A DNA stretch of 64,000 nt, taken from the NCBI GenBank assembly GCA_030141605.1, contig JAQGDQ010000142.1:62001-126000 (forward strand), given 5' to 3'. Under the pieces are notes generated by a model. The model was given only the letters and a program-made list of their open reading frames with translations, ran no database searches and was not told the origin of the DNA. Origin of the DNA: Tubiluchus corallicola. Its lineage: Eukaryota; Animalia; Priapulida. Shown piece after piece: positions 12,706 through 24,600 of the stretch (positions are counted from its first letter, which is position 1; each line of letters opens with the position of its first letter). The position numbers and the translations under genes were made by a program.

Positions 12706-15700
12706 TTATGGTGATGGCATGACCTTAAGTCTCTCGTATGCAGCCTTCTCCAGTTCGGCACGATGGTTTGGATGGGCAATGCGAATCAGCTCATATGCGC
12801 GTTGGCGCAAGTTCTTGCCAAATAGGTAAGCAATGCCATACTCGGTCACCACATAGTGAACGTGAGCTCTTGTTGTTACAACGCCAGCACCTAAAAGAAG
12901 AAAAACAGCATTTGACACTTCAAGAATCTTTATCTTGCGTAAAATTAGGGTTAGGTACATTACACTAGTGTATTAAAATGCCTAACTTTAGTATCAACAC
13001 TTTTTATTTATTATGCTTCTCTTATTCTTTGGCACACACTGAACTTAAACTAAATTATTGAATGTAGTTTCCCTGCAATGAAACTATTCTGATATTAGTG
13101 ATATTCACATCATAGAAAATGAATCCTTAAATAAAAGGACGCAAAAATAAATGTAGCCGATCAAACAGAAAGAAAAGCTTCTTGTTTATGATCACCACAA
13201 ACTGCTTTTTCAAATACTAGTCTACATAAAATGAAACTGACCAGGCTTTAGCCAAGGCACAATTTTGCTGACCCCTTTTGCAGTGGTGGATGGCATAGCA
13301 ATAATGGGTTTTCCTAAGCCATCAAACCCAAGAGCAGCACCTTTGATGAAATCTATTTGTCCTCCAACACCTGCAAGATAATTAATAAATGCAGTATACC
13401 ATCAAGACCCTGCAAAACATTGTGCACGTTAATAAGCAAATAAATTGAAGTAGTCAGTAATAAAATAATTAGAACTGCACACACATTCCATGGAGTGCCT
13501 GCTATGCATTACTCGTGGAGGAATGGTCAAATTGCCAAGATCCAACATGCTATAAGAATGAAAAGATAGCAGTTATTGATTAAACAATGTGTTGCTGTAA
13601 GACAACATTTCTTAATTATGTCCTTAAGTGGTTATTATTTTGGTGAAGTGGTGCAACTACCAACTGACGCAGTTATATTACTAACCTGAATACATTCGTG
13701 TTCCTATGGAGTCAGAAACAACTTGACCAGTGATGTCCACTTCTATACAGGAGTTGATAGCTGTTACACGAGGATTCTGACTGATTGTGGCAGTGTGGTT
13801 TACATAAGCAACATCCAACAGAGCTAGTTAAAAAACGGATTTAAATTAATGTCAGTACTCCATGTCTGCAACACGAGACCAGAGAATGACTTATTTACTC
13901 TAGCAAACATCAAATTTATTCACTTGACCAACGACCTTATCACCTCCAACACAGATGAACTCAGAAACGCAGTTAGCTATATGACTGAATGAAGCAATCA
14001 AGTAGCCACCTTTCCATCCTACACGAAACTAACTGCTCTAGGTTGTTTATTTAGACACAAAAATACTGAAAAAACTCTAATTGACACACTTTACACTATT
14101 TTTGCAAAAGCGTGTGGAAATACATATGATGCAAAATTACTAAGTGAATATCCTGAGTCTGGCAAAATTATAACAACTTCGCGCAAGGTTACATGTATTC
14201 AGATTCAAACAGAACTGATAAGAAAATTTAGAGAGAATAAACGGTCCAAATATAAGCCTATACACTTACTAACAAAAGGGTTGTTGTTGATGAACTTATA
14301 CAATTTATGGCTGCCAATGATAAAACTTGTAACAATTTTTCCTGTAAAAACATTTTTCTTTGCATTCGTGACACATCCCTGTTCAACCAGTTCCATTACT
14401 TTGTCGCTGAACATTTCTGTGTGAATTCCGAGATCTCTGTGATGTGTTAACTGAGACAATGTAGCATCAGGGATAGAACCAATTCCTTATAAAAGAATAT
14501 TTTTTAAAAACATGTGGTTAGCATTTACACACTATGCGCAATCTTGTATTTTTTAAATTGACACTAAAATTCAGCTGCATAATTCACAGTCAGTGCTGGT
14601 TTCTTAATCTCAAAAAGTAATGAGCCACTGCTACTAGTCACTATGTTTCCATTGCATATAACACTTGCACATTAAAAAAAGCTCATTTGCAGTTCATTTT
14701 AGACCAGCTACTTTATTGAAAATATTTCATTTTATTTAACACAAAATAGCTGCTCTGAGTATCATTGTTAAATTCGTATGTACAGACTAATTACAAGCAT
14801 TCTCCATTAACTTAGCTTTAATATCTAATCATCACAAAAATAGCTTTTAAAACTGTGAAAACAGTAAAGCTGCATTGAAATTGAGAATGAAGTAACTCCA
14901 TACTACACCAAAAGTAGCTTTGTTATTACCGCAGTATACCGTTATTTTTTGCAAAAGTAACAAGTGCTTTCTTTATTACAGAAAAAGTATCACATCACTA
15001 TTCCAAAAGATACACAAAAAGATATTCATGTGGGCTTACACTGCAATAGAAAATCGATGGACAAAAAGGAACGTTTTATGAGCTTGGTATTCAAGTTAAC
15101 TGAAACTTTGCAAAAGTAAGCTTTCTTTATTACAGAAAAAGTATCACATCATATTGTGTGAAAGATCAATCTAACTAAAACTCCACACTTTTTTTGAATG
15201 AATGGTGTAAACTGTAAATTATCATAAATATCCATAGAAACCGCATCTACAATGAAATATTGGCAAGTTGTTGTCAAAGTGGAAAAATCACCCAAAAGCA
15301 TCTTTATCATCAGTGAAAAATGCTTGCAGTGTTTTTAACACTTTGATATTTCAGTTATAACTTAAAGGTTTAATCACCAAATGATTGCTCAGTGAACATG
15401 TGATTGAAGCAGCATAACTAGACAAGCCTTTCACTAGGTGATCGCTCCATTATCAAAGAAAAATGATATGCAGCTATACTGAGCAAGAAGTCTTAGTATT
15501 AGGGTAAATTATGCATTGGGAAATTATTGCACGTGGGTGTACTCGCCTTATTCGACATTTCCAGGAGACTTTAATTTTACAGTTTACAATATGCTGTGGC
15601 TAGGTTGTAACATACCCATTTGCAATGTAGCACCATCAGATACTAAATTTCCAGCAATGTGCATGCCAATACGCTTCTCTTCTTCAGTGAGGACACTAGG

Positions 15701-17110
15701 TTCATGTCCAACTAAGTCATTATCACCTTCGACCATGGTATCGAAGTGAGACATATGAATAGCTGTGTCACCAAAAGTACGAGGCATCTTTGGATTAATG
15801 AGACCTAAAAATGAAACAAAATAAAATAAAATTTTTTTTGGCTTGAATATTACAATGATTACTACTAGAACAGCTGATCCAATGAATCAAAATTAAAAGT
15901 AAAGATTCTAAAAAAGGCACAAAGTAAAACAGAACAAAACCTATTAAAATTTTCATGCTCTTACATTGTATATATTTGCAAAAAATATTTCATTGAATAT
16001 AATCATAAACATTGTCATGCAGGAGCTGTTTTTTTTAATTCAAGAAGAGATCACCTTAAAAAACATTAAAGGTACCTTTATTAAATAAAACTGGTTAATC
16101 TTAACTTTTACACACACGCACGCACGCACACACACACACACATGCAAGTTTCGATTGTGCATGCTACATATTAGTTAGACTAAAGTTTTGCAGAGAACAA
16201 GGCAATAACAACCTTGGTGAGATGAGAGCACAGACAATTAGTCATTCATTAACCTTGGAACTACAAATTGATGATTAAAAACTGCATATGTTTGGGGGCC
16301 TTAAAGTAAAGTCTATGACATAAAGTAACTAACGTATTTGTGATTGGAAGAAGCAATTGTCTGTAAAGAACTAATCGTATTGGGCTTCAGAAGAGCTTTT
16401 ATACATGACGATATATGAAAATTAAGGAGAAAAATAGTGTGGCCTTTTCCACCAAACGAGTAGTGCCGCATTCTCTGCATAATATATATTATGCTTGATT
16501 AAAAATAGCATGTGTGTTTAGCATTTAAAATATTAATAAAATTACGCATGCTTAAAGCAAAATACAATAATTATGTACATCACATGTATAAATCAGACAA
16601 GAATTCTGATAAAATTAAGCCTCAAGTCTTCAATATTGATTTTTTTTAGCTAAATCACAAACATAAAAGAGTAAAAGTGCCCACCAATTATGTATTTGGC
16701 ATTTTGAATTGCAGCACGCGTGCAATCAACACTTGGACCCAAGGTGCAGAATCCATGTTTATCAGGTGTTGAGACTTGAATCAGTGCAGCGTCCAGCTGG
16801 ACAATGTTGCGCCGAAATAAAAGAGGAATTTCACTGAGAAATATGGGTGTGAAATCAGCACGACCTTCATTCACAGCCTCACGAAGATTTAGTCCAATAA
16901 AGAGGGAATTACTTCTGAATATGCCTAGATATCAAAAAATGTTTTTAATAAACACTTGATAAAATGAAACAAGACTCGGAAGAAAACTTGGAAGTAAATT
17001 TACAAATGCCTAGAAATGCAAAAGTTAATCTTTGCTACATGACTAATGAATGTAAAAGTGGGACAACGCACGAAGTGTAAAAGAAAAAGAGTGAGAGGGA
17101 GGGAGGGAGG

Positions 17111-17194
<84 letters not shown>

Positions 17195-17913
17195 CTAAGC
17201 AAAATTAAATTCAAACAACATATAGATGTAGCTACAGTTACAACAAACTTGAAAATTTTGAACAATATACTTCTGGTTTTTTACAACATATTACAAGTTT
17301 AAGACCAGAGTACTGGGCCTATGGCACTTTGTTTTGTAGATCCAGTGTTCCTCTCACGTTTTATTGTAAATGATGTACAAAGATTTTATTTTAATTATGT
17401 GGCAAAAACACTTTACCTTCAAATTCTGGTTTGGAATATATAGCAGGACCTTCGGTGTGAATATGAATGAGCTCAACGTTACGTAATCCACTTTTCAATC
17501 CATATTCAGATAATGCCTCCAGAAGTGGATTTGGAGTGGCTGCAGCGCCATGGACAAACACTTTATCATCTGAAAATAAAATTCGTTAGCCTGCAATATC
17601 ACTTTAAGGCACAGTGCAGTGCGTATTTAAAGACACCAGGATCCAAGCAAATTTGCTTCTAAACTATTATGTTATCTAGCTAGTATCTAAGCCTAGCTAA
17701 ATTAAAAGAAATCTATGCTAGTGACTTACGAGATTTTACGACGGCTACGGCCTCTTGAGCTGTCCTCCACACGGGAACCCTGTTTGGCAACGGATGAAAA
17801 GGTTCAGGGGAATACGTGTAAAACAACCTGTATAGCTGCTTTTGAGCTGCTGTAATGTTGCAAACGCATTTATCAAAGGCTTTCCAAGGAATCTTTATAA
17901 CACGCAACGCCAT
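12706..17913 (-). CDS. Acetyl-CoA hydrolase/transferase family protein (family I CoA-transferase; acetate:succinate or 4-hydroxybutyrate CoA-transferase-like), 477 aa, probably mitochondrial. Exons 17913-17730, 17569-17417, 16924-16685, 15804-15616, 14485-14270, 13823-13686, 13370-13242, 12890-12706
   Basis: Eight GT-AG exons total 1434 nt in one frame. Family motifs present: VFVHGAAATP, VNEGRADFTPIFLSEIP, SDGATLQMGIGSIPDA, LGIHTEMFSD (candidate catalytic Glu), AINSCIEVDITGQV, SGVGGQIDFIKGA, HYVVTEYGIAYLFGKNLRQRA, IAHPNHR. The basic, acid-poor N-terminus (MALRVIKIPWKAF...) resembles a presequence. Confidence 0.95.
14947..15151. repeat. ~45-bp direct repeat (2 copies) in CoA-transferase intron 4
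   Basis: ttttgcaaaagtaa..gctttctttattacagaaaaagtatcacatca occurs at ~14947 and ~15106. Confidence 0.8.
17092..17190. repeat. (GGGA)n/(GA)n microsatellite in CoA-transferase intron 2
   Basis: Directly visible. Confidence 0.95.
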
Positions 17914-18658
17914 AATGAATTCAAACCAGGTAAACAAGCGCACAAAAGCAAACCACAAACAAAGCAAAGCTCAGCCTCTGGCTGCTTGTGAGCCAACAGT
18001 GCATGATGCAGCCTAGTTTAGGCTACTGTACAAGCACAGCGCAAACTCGTAAAGGTCAACTCATTATGGAGTTGGGCCAACCCTAAAAATAGTCAAATAA
18101 TGTCGATAGATGTCACTAGTGAAAAGTAAGCGCTTGAACGGTGAACCCCTTCTGTTTTGTTTTTGTGGGCGATCTTTGAACAGTGACAGTGAATAGTAAC
18201 GAAGTTTATTGTCCGTTTTTGAACGTTTGGAAGAGTTATAATTTACTACAGCGGACTGTGTACGGACGAAATATCTACTTAACAGTGAGCAGCTATTTAT
18301 GATTTTTAGGTCTTTTGGTGTGAACTAGAAATTCACCTATGTTAGGCTTTAATATTTTATAAATATAAAATAAAAAAAAAATTAATAATGTTAGGGCTTA
18401 TCGCCACTATTGTAAAGATGTAATAGGCCTGCATGTGCCCATACGGCTTTTGTGTCCATGTGGTAGCTTTTCTAGCTCTTTATAATGACTTTGACTTTAC
18501 ATATTTAAGAGTTAACTTTTTAACAAAGTCGTATGTAACTGTTCAATTCAGTTCATGTTTATTCCTCAAATGTTACAGTTGCAGAGTACATTGAAATTTC
18601 TACGTATCAGAAGCTACTTGGTTGTTTTTAATAGGAAATTGAAAATATAAACAGCACC
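17914..18658. promoter_or_regulatory. Probable bidirectional promoter between the CoA-transferase (-) and MYND gene (+)
   Basis: Head-to-head layout with ~0.75 kb between the ATGs. The region is locally CpG-richer and has a + strand donor-like gtaagc at 18126, a possible non-coding first exon. Confidence 0.5.
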
Positions 18659-21600
18659 ATGAGAAAGGTTATGCTTTGCGATGCAGATGCTAGATTGTTT
18701 GGTGAGGACATCCTGCCTTTAGAAGTTGAGTTTTACCATAGACACTTGGGAGCATTCAAACAAATGTGGCCATCTCAGGTTTGCATAAATGTTCTTTTTA
18801 GTAGGCAGTAATATTAAAGAATAATACTGTGTTTTGTTCCACCATTTAATCTGCGTAATAATTGGTACAAAGTTAAATATCTATCAGAGTTATAAGTTTA
18901 TAAATATATAGTAAACTTTTGATCTATTTCATTTTAGAATTTGTCATATTACTGTTGTGTTTTCACTGCCCTGGTTCTGATGCTGAACCTTGCAGTGCGA
19001 GACTGTTAATATGTAATAAATTTACAGAAAAGTAGCTGTAATATCCCTTCTTGTCATAAAGCTTTCATTGTTTAACAAATTAACTATTCCTGCAACTCAC
19101 ATCAGCAGTAAGTCTTTACTCAGTGATGCCAGGCATTCCAGCAAAGTGAAAATGTGGTAGTAAGTCAAATACTTCTTTTTTAATGAAGCAATGCTTTCTA
19201 TAAGAACTAGCGTATAGTTCTATAAAAACTACTTGTGTTTGAATCACATAATTTAAATGTTTTTTTGAGTTTGCAGCTGTTTATTTGTTTATTATTTTTG
19301 TTACATAAAAAAACTGTTTGTTGAAATTCTGATGGACAGTTGGCACATGAAGGAAAAGGGCAACTAACAACATGAAAGCAAAAAATTTTAATCATGAATG
19401 TACTTTTCTCAAAGCTTACTCTCACCCATAGGCCATAATAGCCTCACAAACACAGTTTTTCAGGTCATTTTTGATTTGTTATTGGTGATATTTTTGCCAT
19501 GCAGCATGTTGCCATTGAGTTTGATTTTAGTGCAAAACTTAAAGCCTTTTTCTGCATTTGCAGGGAAAAAAATTTTGGTTAAGAGTTGTAATAACATTTC
19601 GTTGGTACACTGTGAACCATGGCGTACTGAAAGATTATCCTGAAAAGGTAATTGTTGTTGGTTTTTCTGTAGGTTCATCTTGTGCTAAATTTCGGGTTTT
19701 TTCAGTATATGTTTTTAATGTAGAAATGTATCAGTATGTAGGATGTTTTGCTGCAATATTTATTACAAAACTATACTTATTTGATGGTAAAATTGTGACG
19801 TAGATGAGACTTCTTATATTTGTCTTAGCTTTCTATATGTAGATTTTGTATGTTTTCCAGCATAACTACTATGACAAGTACAATGCAATATTTGACCAGA
19901 TGTTGATTTATGTCCATGACCAGATAGTCAGTGGTGAGTAAAGTTAAATAGGAGTTTGCAGTTAAAATATCATTATGAAAGAATTGATGGTTTAAATGAT
20001 CAATGATGATTAGATAATTAGTCACTAATAGTGCAATAGCTCAGTTGTTTCATTTGTTAATTTTTGTTTTGTGAGTTCATTTTTATCATAGTATTTGTGA
20101 AAGAAATTTTAGGAACATAAATCATAAGAAAAGTAACATTACGGATTGGCTTGACTATCACTGCCACAGTTTGTACATGGAGCTTCAGCTGGGAAATGAA
20201 TTTCTAGTATATGTGGGAAACTACAGCTAACGTTAGTAGTAGTTTAAATCACATTGCACGTATAAACTAATTTGACAAATCACAACAAACCATAATAAGA
20301 TGCATGTAGTGGCTTTAACTAGTTTAATGCGTGTTTATTATTTTAATTTCTCTGAAATTATGATTCTTGTTTTGTCGTTAACTTATAGGTCGACTGTCTA
20401 CAGCAAAAAACTTAATTTCTGATATTATTACTCTAGCTGCAAATCGTTCAAGCATACAACATTTATGTTCTAAATCTTTTGGTAAGTATAAATTATTTTG
20501 GGATTTCTTAGATGACTTTTTTGTAGACTCTTAAAAAGGTCTTTGTGACATATCAAAGGTTAACAAAAGTTAATCATACTGCATAGTTGATCAAACATTT
20601 TTTGTTGCAATCTGATTACATTTTTGGAAAAATGTGTTGAAGTGTGTTTTTTCCTTTTTTTCTTTGATTGCTATATTCCGTGGGTTGAACTTTAATTTTG
20701 CTTCATACATCCTGTCTCTGCTTTGCCACTACGTTGAGCGCTGACTATAACTATGCCAGTATCTTACTGAATATATTACCTAGCAATCAATTTTCTTTGA
20801 TACATAAATTTTTGTTCTAAATCAATTAAAACAAACAAAAAACGAAAAAAATTGAATCATATTACTGCTTTAAATTATTAGTAATGTGTATTTTTGCATA
20901 GCAAAAGATCCATTTTATTATGTCGAAACAAGAGAGACATTTCGTCGCTTGTTTGGAGAACGTAACTGTAGAATGACAATTTTAAAGGTACATTATTATC
21001 CTAGTTTTGGATTGTTTTGTTATTATTGCGTGTATATTTGACATTGCTTTGTATTTTGATTAATTTTTATACAGCTTGAGTTAGAAAATACTACAGTACA
21101 TTTTTGAAAGAACTAGCAAGTTCAAAGTGTGGTTCAATTTCTGATGTGTGCATTTATTTATTATTTATTGCTCTGCATACTGTTCAGTCATGCAATGGTA
21201 CTGTGTGAAAGAGTAGATCCGGTTAGCTACTTCATTTAAGGAGTTACTTTAATCGTATGTTTACTGATTAGCAATACAACTGTATCAGTTATTATTTAAG
21301 TCTGGTTTAAAGTCTGTATTCTTTGCTGGTATTACACTTAACTAGTACAAATGCTGATTTGACACAGCATAAATATTGCATAGATCTGCTTTTATGTGCA
21401 TTATGGATGCAAGCTGTTGCTTAGTTGATTTAGGAAAATACCATAGCTTGCTGCAAATTCAACATTATGATTGATTTGCACTTGATATGTATTTTGTGAA
21501 TCAGTGATGACATTTACATTTTTGTTACTGTTCACTAACTTCTGATACTTTCGTTGACATATAATGAAAAATTAATAACCTGGTTGCGATTCACATATCA

Positions 21601-24600
21601 GTACATTATGGCTGCTTGTAAATTTATTTATCACTTTGTTTTCATACTGTTAAAATATTACATGAATAACCACTTCAATTCATTTAACTGAAGGTATATT
21701 CGTTTGTGTTGTTAAAACAGTTTTGGTAACTTTAATTACAAATCACTTAATTATTATTCAGGCACTAAGCTCAGAATATCAGTTAATTATAGAAAAAACC
21801 AAGGCTTACCTGATAAATTGGCAATGCTTTCAGTTACTGAACTTAGCAAACAAAATTTAACGTTAGTATTAATTTTTGGTTATCATAAGAACCTGTTATA
21901 TAATTAATAATGCAATTATTAATAATAGCACAATGTATTTTATAATTAATCTTTTAAATTAAACTTATTTAGTTACTTTGTACTTTGCTTAAAATTGAAT
22001 CCATACGAATTTTTCCCTGAAGGTGATTGTAATGATTATGCAATACATATATATCTATAACATTTAATTAATATAAATTTATATTTTACAGGTTTATTTG
22101 TTATTCCCCATTTTTCTTAAACTCGGTGGTGCTCTTGTTCGACTAATTCGTCAATGGATGGATGCTGTAGAAGAATTAAGCGATTCAGATGATTTTTACT
22201 GGCTACCAAATACCGGGAATATTTATCGCAAAATAGAAACATTTGATGAAGAAGATCCGCCCGACTTTGATTCTTATATAGAATCCTTGTATCCCGATCC
22301 TACATGGTATACATTTCCTCTCCCTAGGAATATGAGCTGTGTGGGTGTGTCAAAGGAAAATGGTTTCAAGAAATATGAGAAAAAGCCGAGAGTTTGGTGG
22401 TTTTATCCTTACGCCAAATCTGTATCCTGTGATGATTATAATACACAGTTGAAAGGACCAGAGCCACCTTTTATGAGAGAGATAGACATGCACGTTTCTT
22501 ACTTGGAAATTGGCGTGTTGGAGAAAGTGATGAAACATGCAGGCAACGGGTTCAAATTCGAGTTTAGAAGATTGGGTAAGGATTTGGAGAAAGATCTTTT
22601 AGCACAAGCGATAGAGAAGGAAAGACTGGCCCCCTGGAGTGTGTCAGAGACTGATCCAGACAGGTTGCATTCCATTCTAGCCAAGTATTTCACCGATATA
22701 TTGAAAAAGGATCTTTGCAGCATTGCATTACTGTACAGACATCCACAGGATAAAAACGAATGCAAATATTTAAAGGTATTAAGTGATATTAAATTTGTTG
22801 TAATTGTTGTATGTATTTGTCGTACCTTTTGGTGCGCTTCTGGTGACAATGTTACTCGCAGATCATTTAAAAGGTAGGCATTGCACTATGTGCCTGATTT
22901 ACATCAGTGGCTATGATGTGCATGAATGCATGAAATTTAGAATTTGGATAAATTATAGTGCATGGTGAAACCTCAGTTCCTTTTGCAGATTGAAAAAAAA
23001 GGATTTTTATGCGTTGATCCGGAGAAAAAGGAAAACCCAGAGGGCATCAAGCAAACAATCATAGAAGCCATTGCGTATGCTGTAAAGGATTTAGAGAGGC
23101 CGTTCTGCCCGGAAAATGCTGTTTATTGGCAAAATTTTAGTAAGTTTTGGTAAGGCAGGGGCATGTCCAGGTGATTTTAAAATTACTGCAAAGTACCGGA
23201 CAAAACTGCAATTTCTTTGATGGCAAAATTTGCGGGAAAGATCAGAGATGCCCAAAGTAATTTAGGCAATAAGTGATTTGTGGGAAGCACGAAAAAAAAG
23301 TAAAACATACTGACAAAATCCTTACGGCTAAAATGATCAATACCTGTAGTATACATTTGCTTGTAAATTATTTTATAAATTCCTTTGAGCTAAAGTTATG
23401 TGAATAATGGTAGAACCAGGATTAGTAAATTATGTCGCATCACTCATGTTGCAGTGCAAGTATAACTAGTTTTTGGAGTTTCAATATCTATAGTACATAT
23501 GACTCAGCAGGCATATAGTCTGGTAGCTAATTATGACATAGTTTGGGACAGTATATAAACGTGAAAGGCAAGTACTTAACAAAGGGATCATGCCTATTAT
23601 TAGTAACAATGGAAATGCAAAATTGCGGTAAAGTGTGGGAAAAATAACATTAATTCAGAGTCGAACTCTTGTCTGCTATTCTGGTTAATGTATATAACAA
23701 TGTAATAAAGCAGAGACACTTGCTGCCTTACATAGAATGCATGGCTTACATATTTATGTTTACAGTCAGCCATCTTTGTCATAAATCTACAAGTCACCTA
23801 ATTTAGGTAATTATTTACCTAATTTCGGGCAACATTTTCGGTAAGAGTATATGTATCATAGTCTGCTTAATTTTACAAGAAATGAACATAGTTTTCGTTT
23901 AGCTGCTTCAGTTGAAATGTGGAGCTTATTCAGCTTAACTTGTTTCTGATAAACATGATACTTTTTACCAGTTATTTTTGACAAATACATTTTAAGTTTT
24001 ATTAGCCTAAAATTTAGTGATTCATGGCTAGATTGTAAATACGTTGCTTACAAGTTTGCATTTCTGCCAGCAAGATGTATGCTTGTATGCTAGGTAAAAA
24101 GTTGTCATAAAAAACAATTTTAATTTGTTTCAAGTGTGGTTTGCCCAGCTATTGCATACAACTAGACTGGTCAACGCTAGCTAAATGCTATTCGAATTAT
24201 TAGAAATGTTAATAAATTTTGCATCCATAAACACAAGCAGAAATAGATTATGTATGATTGATACATGGACATGTGTTATAACTTTTAGGTTCAAAAACAT
24301 TCAATCACTAATGTTTTGAAATCATTACCTGTTTTTTGCTCATTTTGGAAACAGCACGGTTAGCAGATTTTATAAATAAATGAAGCGTATACTTCTTGTA
24401 TAGTTTTTAAATTGTTTTTTAGACAAGTTATAATATATATGTGAACTGAATGACTGTGTTAATATGTTTGGTGTTTTATTAATACTTATTAAGCTATTAT
24501 ACTAAAATGCTGTATCTGATCATAGGTACATTTTGTGCTACCGCGAAGCCAATTGTCTATTCTCGCTTTAAGGAGTTGTTGTACGGGAATGATAACTCTA

